Below are positions 47,217 through 62,420 of a stretch of DNA of 64,000 nt, piece by piece. How positions within the stretch are numbered: the first letter of the stretch is position 1; each line of letters begins with the position of its first letter. The notes below the pieces were generated by a model. That model did not search any database and was not told where the DNA came from. It saw only the letters and a program-made list of their open reading frames with translations. A program made the position numbers and the translations under genes. The stretch comes from an uncultured Gemmatimonadaceae bacterium (GTDB lineage: Bacteria > Gemmatimonadota > Gemmatimonadetes > Gemmatimonadales > Gemmatimonadaceae), in NCBI GenBank assembly GCA_963829055.1, contig CAWHHI010000008.1:320001-384000 (forward strand), read 5' to 3'.

Positions 47217-48479
47217 TCAGCGCGACATCGAGAACGAGAATGGCTCCTGCACGAGCTGCTTGACCTTTTTCCCGCCGACATCGGCCGGGACAAATCTCAT
47301 CTGCGGCAGCGCAGTCCTCACCGACTCGGTGAACAGGTCGTGCGACGACTTCAGGATCTTGAGCGAGCCGACCTCGGCGCGCCCGGTCGTGTCGACCACG
47401 AACTGTGCGAGGACTTCTCCTTCCACAGCTGCCTGGCGCAGCAGGTTCGGGTACCGCGGCATCGCAGATCCGGGGGCCGGCTTGACTGGCACCTCTACCT
47501 GGAACTCGAAGTAGGGTTCCTGCGCGAGTACCGGCAACGGCCCCTTCGCGGACTGCGCGACAGGCTTGGCCCGCGGCGTGTTTGGAGATTCCATCTCGCA
47601 CGCCACGACCAGCACCGCCGCGGACGCGACAGCGAACAGAGAGGTGAGCCCGACACGATACCGCGGTGTTGACTGGCGCATCGAACGGATCCTCCGGCCC
47701 AGGAGAGAGGTTGACTCGGTGAGTGCGGCGGCCAGCAATCCACCGCGATCGGCGCGCTGCGCCACGGCGAGCAGGAGCGATCCGTACTTCCGCGCGTCGG
47801 GATAGACGCGCAGCACGCGCAGATCGCAGTCGAGCTCCATCGCGGAGCGAAGCCGGTAGAGCTGGAACCAGAGCGCCGGATTCCACGGCGCGCAGACGGC
47901 AGCCGCGACGGCTGCGAGCACGAGCCGCGGGTCGCCCCGCTCGAGGTGCTCGCGCTCGTGCCTGAGTACGAGCGCACGTAGCGGCCTCTCCATCCCGAGC
48001 ACCCATTCGGGTACGACTACCACCGGCGTGCGGAACCCGACCACTGCCGGGCCAGCATCACGCGAGACGAGCACAGGGTGCCCGTCGACAGTGGCAGCGC
48101 GCCAGGCGTGGCGCCGACGGGTAAGCGCTCGTGACGCAGCGACGAAGCGGACGGTGAGCGCAACGGTGAGAAGTGCCCACACGGTACCGACGATCATCCC
48201 GACATGACTCGTCGCGGAACTGATCGACACGCGCGGAAGCATCACGGCGAGTGGCGCGACGATCCCGCCGGAAACAGCCGCGCTCTCATCGAGCGACGGG
48301 ATCCAGCCTAACGCCTGCGCGAGCGACAGGAGCGGGAGGCCGAGCGACAGGATCATCGTCGCCAGCCAGACGAGGCGTGCCTGAACGCGCCAGAGGCGGA
48401 GCGCCCGCTCGGCGCCGAGTGCGGCGAGCGTGAGCAGCGCGCTCACGGCGGCGATGTGGAGCATCCACTGGAGGATCAT
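47217..48479 (-). CDS. M56 family (BlaR1-like) metallopeptidase fused to a TonB C-terminal domain
   Basis: HEREH zinc motif, PWNP, ELDCD; PRYP..EGEVLAQFVVDTTG..FVPA TonB_C. Confidence 0.9.
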   Translation of the reverse strand: MILQWMLHIAAVSALLTLAALGAERALRLWRVQARLVWLATMILSLGLPLLSLAQALGWIPSLDESAAVSGGIVAPLAVMLPRVSISSATSHVGMIVGTVWALLTVALTVRFVAASRALTRRRHAWRAATVDGHPVLVSRDAGPAVVGFRTPVVVVPEWVLGMERPLRALVLRHEREHLERGDPRLVLAAVAAAVCAPWNPALWFQLYRLRSAMELDCDLRVLRVYPDARKYGSLLLAVAQRADRGGLLAAALTESTSLLGRRIRSMRQSTPRYRVGLTSLFAVASAAVLVVACEMESPNTPRAKPVAQSAKGPLPVLAQEPYFEFQVEVPVKPAPGSAMPRYPNLLRQAAVEGEVLAQFVVDTTGRAEVGSLKILKSSHDLFTESVRTALPQMRFVPADVGGKKVKQLVQEPFSFSMSR

Positions 48480-48907
48480 CGCTTCCCTTCTCCTCGCCCG
48501 CGGCGCGGCGGTTTCGTGGTGGAGGTCTCGCCTTCCGTCGCCTGGTCGGCGAGGCGCTCACCGAGCGCGGCGTGCAGCCGCTTCAGCTCTTCGCCGGAGA
48601 GCGGGTGGTCGGAGACCAGGTGCGACACGAGCATCGCGGCGTCACCTCCGAACATCTTGTCGATCAGCTTCGCAACGGCGCTCCGGCCCGCGGTCTTCCG
48701 AGCGACGCGCGGGAAGTACCGGTGGGCCTTGCCCTCGCCCTCGTGCCTAACGAACCCCTTGGCTTCGAGATTCCGGAGGATGGTGAGGACGGTGGTATAG
48801 GCGAGGTCGGCGGGCAGTCGGTCACGCACCTCGGTGACCGTGGCCGAGCCGGTCTCCCAGAGGACGCCCATGACGTCGAGCTCGCGTTCGCCAAATTCAG
48901 GTGGCAC
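48476..48907 (-). CDS. BlaI/MecI/CopY family repressor
   Basis: RELDVMGVLW, LAYTTVLTILRNLEAKG. Confidence 0.92.
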   Translation of the reverse strand: MPPEFGERELDVMGVLWETGSATVTEVRDRLPADLAYTTVLTILRNLEAKGFVRHEGEGKAHRYFPRVARKTAGRSAVAKLIDKMFGGDAAMLVSHLVSDHPLSGEELKRLHAALGERLADQATEGETSTTKPPRRGRGEGKR

Positions 48908-48919
48908 GGACAGGAACCT

Positions 48920-48977
48920 ACTAAGAGGATAGTTGAACCTATGAGCGGAACTCGGGTTTGTCAACTATGCGCATAGT
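48920..48977 (-). promoter_or_regulatory. blaI-like promoter with two candidate operators
   Basis: TTGACA (48959-64)-17 bp-TAGGTT (48936-41) on minus; ACTA-N6-TAGT at 48920 and 48964. Confidence 0.65.
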
Positions 48978-49246
48978 AGTTGCGGCTGCATGCAGAACGT
49001 CACTGCTTCGGCAAGCATCCAGAACGAAGGTGTTTTTGAGAAGAGGCCGGAAACAACTGAAACGGCCTGATCTGATCGCGTCCGGGTCGGGTCCTTGAGC
49101 CGGGGCCTATTGAAAAGGGGAACGGCTCGTTGCGCCGCCGTCTGTACGATCATTGGCCCGATCCGCCCGATCCGGTGTTTCCGGCCGTTTCCGTTCACAC
49201 CCGCGGTTCTGGATGCTAACCGACGACAGGGTGGCGCAGGAGCCAG

Positions 49247-49942
49247 CTATCTAACGGGCGCAAGTGCACGGTCGCCGTACCCGCGGAGTACGAACTGCAA
49301 CGAGCCCTGCGTAGCGGCGATCGCCAGCTTCTCGGCCTGGTCCGGCGTGACTTCGAGCGACGCCACCGCGGCGCGAACCGGACGACCGTCCTTAGTTCGC
49401 TGGCCCCCGGTCCTCATCGCAAGCACACGCATGTCCGACAAGAACAACCTGGCGACGCGCCGGCCAGTTCCGGGATTGTCGGCGACGACCATGACATCGA
49501 CGTGCGTGTTCGGCAGAATCAGGCCCGCGAGAGCGGCGACGTCGTCGACGCGGATACCGTAGGCGCGTTTGCCCGGAGCAATCCTGACCTCTGTCCCGGT
49601 GCCCTCGGGCACGAGGCGGTCCGGCACGAAGGCCTCGCCTCTGTATACGACCATGTCCGTGACGCGGTTCGCCACCGAGTCGATGCTCGTGTACGCGCCG
49701 ACGGGCCGGGTGCCCGCCGGCCACTGCGTCACAGCGATCGCCGTGCGGTCCACGGCCACACCTTCGGGCAGGTCCTTCAGGGCGACTACTAAGGGCAGCG
49801 TCGCAACGCGTCGAGATGCATTGGGCGCATCCAGCGTATCCCTGAAGACCAGCAAGGCCAGCGTTGCCAGCGCCGCCGCGACCGCGTGGCGCTTGACCGC
49901 CGATCTCGCTCCCCTAGGCTCCAAGATCCTTCCGCCCGTCAT
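49247..49942 (-). CDS. cpaB: Stand-alone CpaB paralog
   Basis: PEGVAVDR..QWPAGTRP.GAY, PGKRAYGIRV, closely matching the operon cpaB. Confidence 0.85.
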   Translation of the reverse strand: MTGGRILEPRGARSAVKRHAVAAALATLALLVFRDTLDAPNASRRVATLPLVVALKDLPEGVAVDRTAIAVTQWPAGTRPVGAYTSIDSVANRVTDMVVYRGEAFVPDRLVPEGTGTEVRIAPGKRAYGIRVDDVAALAGLILPNTHVDVMVVADNPGTGRRVARLFLSDMRVLAMRTGGQRTKDGRPVRAAVASLEVTPDQAEKLAIAATQGSLQFVLRGYGDRALAPVR

Positions 49943-50071
49943 TGGTCAGAACAACTCGCCGCGGTAAGCAGGCCAAGCGCGATCGCGACCCGCCTCAGGA
50001 TGTTGAGCACGTGCACTCATTTGGGGGAGAACAACACGATACGGCGGTCGGGCCAGCGGTCAACAGGAGAA

Positions 50072-50095
50072 TTCTTCAACACTTTCGTTGAAGAA
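50072..50095. promoter_or_regulatory. Probable SufR operator
   Basis: TTCTTCAAC-N6-GTTGAAGAA palindrome just upstream of sufR; contains the CAAC-N6-GTTG motif known for cyanobacterial SufR. Confidence 0.7.
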
Positions 50096-50123
50096 GGCCG
50101 GAATCCAGAGTATTCTTCTCCCC

Positions 50124-50854
50124 ATGCTCCCTGTCGCCCCAACGCTCGCCTGGCTTTCGCGGTATCCGCGGCGACGTGCTGGTCGCGGTCAAGAAGGCAC
50201 AGCCCGTCACCGCCAACGGAGCTCGGCGCACAGTTCGGCCTCACGGCGAACGCGCTGCGCCGGCACCTCAAGGAGCTCGAGAGCGAAGGGCTCGTGCGCT
50301 GCGCTCGGCAGGTGCGCGGGGTTGGCGGACCGCGTACTCGCTCTACTCGCTGACTGAAGCAGGGCGAGGCGTTGTTCCCTCGCGCGTACGACACGACGCT
50401 CACGACGCTGCTCGACACCGTGCGCGCAGCAGCGCGGCACCGACGGCGTGGTCGAGCTCTTCCGTGCACAGTGGGAACGCGTCGCCGGCGGCGCGAAAGA
50501 GCAGCTCGCCGCGCTGCCGCTCAACGAGCGAGCGCAGTTGCTCGCGGAGCTGCTGACGTCACACGGCTACATGGCCGAGGCGGGCGCGAGCGCCGACGGC
50601 GAGCGAGACGCTCATCCGCGAGCACAACTGCGTGCTTCGCGCGGTCGCCGAGAAGTTTCCGGAAGTGTGCGTCGCCGAAGAGCGGTTTCTCGCGGAGTTC
50701 CTCGGCGCGGTGGTGGAGCGGCGACAGCACATCGCGAGTGGCGCGAGCTGCTGCGAGTACTGTGTGAAGGAACGACGGGAATCGGGAATACGGGAATCGG
50801 GAACTCGGCAACGCGTCGACGAACGACTCAACACGTCACTACGACGGCAGCCCA

Positions 50855-50858
<4 letters not shown>
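50124..50858 (+). CDS. sufR: SufR-like Fe-S regulator (frameshifted)
   Basis: HTH (GLTANALRRHLKELESEG), FPRAY, EHNC, C-terminal CCEY; first gene of the suf operon. Confidence 0.78.
50776..50806. repeat. CGGGAAT heptamer array
   Basis: CGGGAATCGGGAATACGGGAATCGGGAA; related copies at 54632-54654. Confidence 0.75.
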
Positions 50859-52293
<1,435 letters not shown>

Positions 52294-52305
52294 GCACGCG
52301 ACACG

Positions 52306-52414
52306 GTCATCCCGAGCGCGCAGCGAGGGACCTTCTGTGAATCTCAGGGGCAAGACGCGAGCTACGATGCATCAGCACTCGGTCCCTCGTCGCTCCGCGT
52401 ACCTCGGGATCGAC
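52306..52414. repeat. Palindromic element, subtype B, between sufB and sufC
   Basis: GTCATCCCGAGCG..GCGAGGGACC...GGTCCCTCGTCGC..CTCGGGATCGAC. Confidence 0.8.
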
Positions 52415-52434
52415 ACCAATACACACGTACTCAA

Positions 52435-53239
52435 ATGCTAGAGATCAGAAATCTTCACGCCAGCGTTGGCGATAAGCCAATCCTTCGCGGCATCAGCCTC
52501 ACGGTGAACGCCGGCGAGGTGCACGCGGTCATGGGGCCTAACGGGTCCGGCAAGAGCACGCTCGCGCAGGTGCTCGCCGGACACCCGGCGTACGAGGTCA
52601 CCGGCGGCGAGGTGTACTACGACGGCGAGAATCTGCTCGAGATGGATCCCGAGGAGCGCGCGCAGAAGGGCGTCTTCCTCGCGTTCCAGTATCCGGTCGA
52701 GATCCCCGGCGTCATCGAACGCGTACTTCCTGCGCTCGGCGTACAACGAGATCCGCAAGGCGCGCGGCGAGGACGAGGTCGATCCGCTCGACTTCCTCGA
52801 CGTCATGGACGAGAAGCTCCAGCTCGTGCACATGAGCGAGGACATGCTGCAGCGCTCGGTGAACACGGGCTTCTCCGGCGGCGAGAAGAAGCGCAACGAG
52901 ATTCTGCAGATGGCGGTGCTCGATCCGAGGCTCGCGATTCTCGACGAGACGGATTCGGGTCTCGACATCGACGCGCTGCGCATCGTCGCCGACGGCGTGA
53001 ACGCCATGCGGCGGCCGGACAACGCGACGATCGTCGTCACGCACTATCAGCGGCTGCTCAACTACATCGTGCCGGACTTCGTCCACGTGCTCGCGGACGG
53101 CCGCATCGTCAGGTCCGGCGGCAAGGAGCTCGCGCTGGAGCTGGAGGCGAAGGGCTACGACTGGGTCACGGAGGCCACGGCTGCGTGGGAAGCCGGAGCG
53201 GCAGCGGCGAGACTCGGTGCAGATCGGGCGGCCGGCACA

Positions 53240-53243
<4 letters not shown>
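52435..53243 (+). CDS. sufC: Fe-S cluster assembly ATPase SufC (frameshifted)
   Basis: [41 protein letters not shown]. Confidence 0.96.
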
Positions 53244-55880
<2,637 letters not shown>

Positions 55881-55881
<1 letters not shown>

Positions 55882-56318
55882 TGTCATTCCGAGGAGCGCA
55901 GCGGCGAGGAATCCGATCATCTCGTAGAGGCGGCCCCTCTGCCGGACAGTCGGATTCCTCGACTGCGCTCGGCTGCGACCTCGCTCGGAATGACGAGTTC
56001 ATCGAAGTCGCGCGGCTCGACGACGTACCCGAGATGGGCGTGCTCGGCGTCGAAGGGCCCGACGGGCGCGGGGTGTGTCTCGTGCGGTTCGGCGGGCGGT
56101 GGCGGCGTTCGCGGACGAGTGTACGCACCAGGCCTTCCCGCTCTCGGCCGGCGAGGTGCACCCGGACGGCACGCTCGAGTGCGTGTGGCACGGCGCGCGG
56201 TTCGACTGCCTAACGGGCGCCGTGCGGCAGCGATCCGGCGACGGATGCTCTCACCGCTTACCCGGTGCGCGTCGATGACGATCGCGTGTTCGTCGGACCG
56301 GCGGAGGTGACACCGTGA
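55881..56318 (+). CDS. Rieske-type ferredoxin (frameshifted)
   Basis: CTHQAFPLS...[10 protein letters not shown]. Confidence 0.88.
55882..55994. repeat. Palindromic element, subtype A, overlapping the Rieske gene start
   Basis: GTCATTCCGAG...GAGGAATCCGA...TCGGATTCCTC...CTCGGAATGAC. Confidence 0.85.
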
Positions 56319-56781
56319 GCAGCAACTCCAACCCGGATTCAGACGCCCGACTCTCGGGGCTCTATCAGGAAGCTCATCCTCGACCACTACCGGCGGCCCC
56401 GGAACAAGGGGACGCTCGCGTCTGCCGACCGGAACTCGGCGAGCCTGCGGAATCCACTCTGCGGGGACGAGGTCGAGGTGCAGGTCGAGATGCACGACGG
56501 CCACGTGGCGGACGTGCAAGTTCAGCGGTCGCGGCTGTTCCATTTCGCAGGCTTCGGCGTCTATGATGACCGAGCTCGTGAAGGGGCGGACGCCCGACGA
56601 GGTTCACGCGCTCGGCGAGCGGTTCGCGGACATGATTCGTGGGGACGCGACCGCGGCCAGCGATGAGGTGCTCGGTCAGGCGCGCGCGTTGTCGGGGGTC
56701 TCGCGATTCCCGACGCGCGTGCGATGCGCGATGATCGCGTGGGAAGCAATGGCACGAGCTGCGGCAGAACCGGCACCGTAG
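56315..56781 (+). CDS. sufU: SufU/IscU scaffold (frameshifted)
   Basis: LYQE.ILDHY, NPLCGD, GCSISQASAS, RVRCA. Confidence 0.9.
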
Positions 56782-56818
56782 TTGGCGCTTTTCGCCGGCA
56801 CTCTCACTTTCAGAGGAC

Positions 56819-57804
56819 ATGGCACAGCACGATCTCGTCGTCGTTGCCGGTGGCGGCGGCTTCATTGGTGGACATCTCGGTGGCGGCGCTCCGGGCAGAA
56901 GGGCGCCGCATTCGCGTCGTGGACGTGAAGCCGATGGACGAGTGGTATCAGCGGTTCGACGACGTCGAGAACGTCGTCGCCGACCTGCAGCGTCGCGAGG
57001 CGTGCATCGCCGCCTGCGACGGAGCGGCCGAGGTCTATCAGCTCGCGTGCGACATGGGCGGCATGGGCTTCATCGAGCACAACAAGGCGTTATGCATGTT
57101 GTCGGTGCTGATCAACACGCACATGCTGGAAGCCGCGCGCGATGCTGGCGTTAGGCGCTTCTTCTACTCGTCGTCCGCGTGCGTGTACAACGCGGACAAG
57201 CAGACGAGGCCCGACCTGGTCGCGCTCCGGGAGGAGGACGCGTATCCCGGCGATGCCCGAGGATGGCTACGGCTGGGAGAAGCTGTTCTCGGAGCGCATG
57301 TGCCGGCACTTCCGCGAGGACTTCGGTCTCGTGACGCGCGTGGCGCGCTATCATAACGCGTACGGCCCGCATGGCACGTGGGAGGGTGGCCGGGAGAAGG
57401 CACCGGCGGCGATCTGCCGGAAGGTGATCGCGGCCAAGGTGAGCGGGAAACACGAGATCCCGATCTGGGGCGACGGGAATCAGTCGCGGTCGTTCATGTA
57501 CATCTCGGACTGCGTGCGCGGGACGCGGGCGATCATGGACAGCGACATCATCGAGCCGATCAACCTCGGGTCGAGCGAGCTGGTGACGATCAACCAGCTG
57601 GTGTCGATCGTGGAGGGGATCGCGGGGATCGAGTTGAAGCGGACGTACGACCTGACGGCGCCGAAGGGCGTGAACGGGCGGAACTCGGACAACACGAAGA
57701 TCCGCGAGTACCTCGGCTGGGAGCCGTCGGTGGCGCTACGCGATGGGCTCGAGAAGACGTATCGGTGGATCTACGACGACTACGTCGCCAAGTACGGAAG
57801 CTGA
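56819..57804 (+). CDS. NAD-dependent epimerase, GDP-mannose 3,5-epimerase-like (frameshifted)
   Basis: GGGGFIGG, CDMGGMGFI, YSSSACVY, YGWEK, REKAPAA, GRNSDN. Confidence 0.9.
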
Positions 57805-58364
57805 GACTCCTCGTTCAAGTCGACGGAGTGCCTCGAATCCACGCGGGCCATCGAGCCACTCGACGCTCGAGCCAAGACGGCACGAGTCCCTTGTTCGGTC
57901 GTCGCAGCACGAGGAAGAGAGCCGGGAGGTAGATCAGCAGCACGCCCGCCGCGCCGGATACACGGAGCCATACCTCCTACGAAGGCGTGACACCAGGAGC
58001 GCAAGGGGCACGCGGCGGCGGCACGGGGGACCACACGGCGCGGCTCAACACGCGATGGTAGTTCACGAATGTTCGCTCTTCGGCGTACTCACGACGCGCA
58101 GCACCATTGCCACCGTGCGGATGCCCGGCACGGGATGGCGCCGACGAGCAGGTCCGCGCGTGCGCCCATGCCCGCTGGCGAAAGAGTCCGGAGAACGCTA
58201 CGATCACAGCGGCGAAGCGGGTCGGCAGCGCAGACATGACACATCACTCTTGCCAAAGAGATCTGTCAGTCTGCAAGGCCACCCGCTTCGTCACGTCATG
58301 AGCTCGCCTGATTCACCAGACGAGAAATGGCCAAAGTCCAGTCAAGCGCTTAGGAACCGAGGGC

Positions 58365-59417
58365 ATGCGGTACATTCATCAAGCCGACTTGCAAGAGGTC
58401 CTCGAAATCGGACGGCGGCGATTTCGAGGCGCTTCGAGGCGCGACCCTGCTCGTAACCGGCGCGACCGGGTTCGTCGGCTCATGGATTCTGGAGACGGCG
58501 GCTTTTGCTAACACCGCCGCGAGCGCGGGAATTCGTCTCGTTGCTCTGGTGCCGCCCGGAATTGACGCTACACAGGTCAGCCGACTGCACGGAGTGCGTG
58601 TCGTGGAGGGCGACATTCGAACTCTCGATCTTCGAGAGCTCGTGCGCCAGGCTCCTGAGGTCGCGGCGGTTGACGCCGTGGTCCACGCGGCTATCGCCGT
58701 GGACGCAACGACCGTCGCCGCGAACCCGATGCCAACGCTCGAGACGGCCGTGGAGGGAACACGACGTGCGCTTGCCGTCGCTCGGGAAAGCGGGGCGCGT
58801 CGGTTTCTCTTTCTCAGCTCTGGTGCCGTCTACGGAAAGTGCCCCCCTGACCTCACGCGTATCCCCGAGTCGTACTGTGGCGGTCCTGATACGACAGACC
58901 CGTTGGCGGTATACGCCGAGGGGAAGCGAATCGGCGAAATGATGTGTGCATGTACGACTCGCGCGCACGGACTGGAGACCGTCATGGCGAGGGGATTTGC
59001 GTTCGTCGGGCCACACCTGCCCATCGATCGCCACTTCGCGCTCGGCAATTTCATCCGCGACGCGCTTCGTGGCGGGCCTGTGGTTGTCGCGAGCGACGGC
59101 ACTCCAATCCGTTCATACCAGTACGCGGCAGACATGGCGGCCTGGCTTTGGGCGCTGCTCGTTCGCGGTGAAAGCGGCCGTGCTTACAACGTCGGCGCCT
59201 CGCGCGAGATCTCCGTTGGTGAGCTTGCGCGGCTCGTCGCCGCTGCTGCCGGGAACGGTTCCACGGTCGAAGTGCGCCGTCCGGCAGTTCCGGGGCTACT
59301 CCCGAGCGATACTTGCCGGATGTGAGCCTCGCGACCGAGACGCTCGGTTTGCGCGAGACCGTGACCCTCGAAGAGAGTATCGAACGCACACTCCGATGGC
59401 ACCGGAGCTTCCAGTGA
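58365..59417 (+). CDS. NAD-dependent epimerase/dehydratase (frameshifted)
   Basis: VTGATGFVG, LSSGAVYG, YAEGK, RGFAFVGP. Confidence 0.88.
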
Positions 59418-60472
59418 GCGGGGACGTATCGCCACCGCATCGTTACCAGTGACCTCGAAGCGATCGGCGGAACTCAGCTTCCGTGGGAGCTGCTCGATGG
59501 AGCAACGGTGGCGATTACCGGCGCGTCCGGGCTCGTTGCATCATATCTCGCCGAGGCGCTGCTCTTTCGAAATGAATCGTATGGTTCGCGAATTCGGGTG
59601 GTCGCGGCCGTTCGCAATCCGTCGGCTGCGCGCGAGCGGTTCTCCGCGTACCGTGGACGCGACGACATAGAGATCGTAGAGCATGACGCCGCCGGGCCAC
59701 TCGAATACGTTGGACGCATTAACTATCTCGTGCACGCAGCCGGCAATGCGACCCCGAGCTCCTTTGGCCGCGACCCAATCGGCACCTACGCGCCTAACGT
59801 CGTCGGGACTCACCATTTGATGCAGCGAGCGCATGCAGACGCGCTCGGCAGCGGTGCTCTTTCTGAGCAGCGGGGCGGTTCATGGTGCTCTTGCCCCTGA
59901 TGCCCCGATCTTGCGGGAGGATGTTTATGGAATTGTCGATCCGCTCGACCCTCGAGCGAGTTATGCCGAGTCCAAACGCATGGGAGAGACGATCTGCCGA
60001 AGCTGGTGGGTGCAGCATGGAGTGCCCGTGCGGATGGCGCGCCTAGGGCACACCTACGGCCCCGGGATGCGGCGCTCGGACGAGCGCGCGTTCGCCCAGT
60101 TCGTCTTCAGTGCGATCGACGGGAAGGACATCGTATTGAACAGCGACGGCTCGGCAGTTCGCCCGTACTGCTATCTTGCCGACGCCACTGCTGCATTACT
60201 TCGGGTGCTACTCGTTGGCTCCAACGGAGAGGCATACCTGGTCGCAAACACGTCGGCCTCGTGCTCGATCCGTGAGCTGGCGGATCTGGTTGCGAGCCTC
60301 GCACCGACACCGATCAGCGTACGGCGCGCTACAGCCGCTCCGCCGGCCGAGTACTTGCCCAATCGGGACCCGGCGCACCCGCTCGATATCTCGAAAATAC
60401 GTGCGCTCGGCTGGGAGCCACGCACGGGCCTCCGTGAAGGGTTCCGTCAAGACGATCGAGAGTTACCAATGA
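59414..60472 (+). CDS. NAD-dependent epimerase/decarboxylase (frameshifted)
   Basis: ITGASGLVA, YAESKR, HTYGPG, LGWEPR. Confidence 0.86.
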
Positions 60473-61402
60473 CTGCTCGCCCCAGTGACCTGCGCCAGCA
60501 ATACCTGAGTGGAGCGCTCGACAAGCATGAGTACGCGCGTCGGATCGGCGAGCACCACCTAACGCTGCGGGACCTGGCGGGGTTGCTGAAGGGATCGGAC
60601 ATTTCAACGATCGAGTTGAGTGCTGACGGAGTAACATTTGTCAGCCGCTTTGGTGGGGCGCGATTTCCGTGCGACCCTGTGGATCGCGGGCTTCCGCCCG
60701 TTGTTGCACTCAACTTCGGCAGCTACGAGTCGAAGGACTTCGAGATGCTGCTGGCGCTCGTGCCACGCGGCGCGACGTTCGTCGATGTCGGAGCGAACAT
60801 CGGTTGGTATTCAGTGCACGTCGCGGTCGCCGATCCTACCGCGCGCGCAATCGCGATCGAGCCAATTCCGAGCTCATTTCGCTGGCTCTCCGCGGCGGTC
60901 GCCGCAAACGCCCTACCTAACGTGATAACGATCGAATGTAGCGGTGGGCGCAGAACGCGGTGAGTTGACGCTCTTCGTGGATGCGACGATCTCCGGCGCG
61001 GCGTCAGCGGCTCCGTCAACCGGTCCGTCAGGCCTCGAACAGGTAACGTGTCCCGTCGTCACAATTGATGACGTCGTCGCCGAACACGGTGGCCGAGCCG
61101 ACGTTCTGAAGCTCGATATCGAGGGCGCGGAGCTTTTCGCACTCCGCGGCGCAGCGAGCGTTCTCGCGATGCAACGTCCGATTGTCTTCTGCGAGATGCT
61201 CCGAAAGCTCGCGCGGCCGTTCGGCTACCACCCGAACGACATTATCACTCTCATGCGCGGACACGGCTACGATTGCTACCGGGCGGATGGGGTCGACTCA
61301 TTCCATTCGAGTCAATGGACGACGAAACGATCGAGACGAACTTCTACTTTCTGCACCAGGATGCTCACGCGCACGAGCGCGCAAAGTTCGTCAGTTCGCT
61401 GA
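60469..61402 (+). CDS. FkbM family methyltransferase (frameshifted; 3' end approximate)
   Basis: DVGANIG, IEP, KLDIEGAE. Confidence 0.88.
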
Positions 61403-61415
61403 GCAGGTCGTTGCC

Positions 61416-62370
61416 TCAGAAGTTCAGTCGTTCGAGTTCGTGGACTAGCGGCCGGTTCTTCACATAGGTGTAGATCGGCGCCCACGTATTCGCCGACGAC
61501 GCCGATGAAGATCAACTGAATTGCGGAGAGGAAGAAGAAGCCAATCACCATCGGCGCGATCCCAAGATTGAAGCTGTTCCAAAGCGCAATCTTCGCGACC
61601 AGGTAGCCGAAACCAACCAGCATGCTCAGGACGGCGCCGTCGCCACTCCGGTGAGAGTTGCCATGCGAAGCGGGATCTTCGAGTGGTTGACGATTCCCTG
61701 GAACGCGACGTCGAATAGTTCGTACGTGCTGATCTTGCTCTTGCCGGCTCGCCGCACTTCCTGACGGTAGGGGATCTTCACGCCTTGTAGCCCGTTTCCG
61801 CGACGAGCCCGCGAAAGAACGGGTACGGGTCCGCGATCTGGCGGAGCGAGGATGATGCGTTGGTCGTAGATGCCGAAGCCGGTCGCCTGATGAACGACCT
61901 CTACGTCGGCGACCTTCGCCAACCATCGATAGTACGTGTCGCGCACTTTGTACATGAACCAGTGTTCGTCGCTCTCGAGCTTGACGCCAAGTGCAATACG
62001 CGCTCCGGCGGCCCAAGCAGCCAGGAGTTGCGGAATCAGCGCGGGCGGGTCCTGAAAGTCGGCCCGATGCCAATGACTGCGTCGCCTCGTGCTTGCAACA
62101 GGCCATATACCGGTGACCGAATCGGGCCGAAGTTTCGCGTGTTGAGGATCACCTTCACAGCCGGGTCGGCAGCTGCCGAGCTCACGCAAGATCGCCGGCG
62201 TGCTGTCCGTCGATCCGTTATCGATGAACAAGTGCTCGTACCGATACGCTGGCAGACGGTCAATTCGCGCTTCACCGCGAGATAGATCTCGCGGACGTTA
62301 GGCTCCTCGTTGTAGCACGGAGTGACGACGGTAATGAGCGGATTCGACGATGGTTGGGGAGTTTGAGACT
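61416..62370 (-). CDS. GT2 glycosyltransferase, GtrB-like (frameshifted)
   Basis: VVTPCYNE, IDNGSTD, RNFG, ADFQDPP, two C-terminal TMs, IGVVGEY. Confidence 0.86.
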
Positions 62371-62420
62371 TGCAGCCCACGAAGGCGTTGTTCGCGATCG
62401 AAGTCGCGCTGTTTCGCGAT

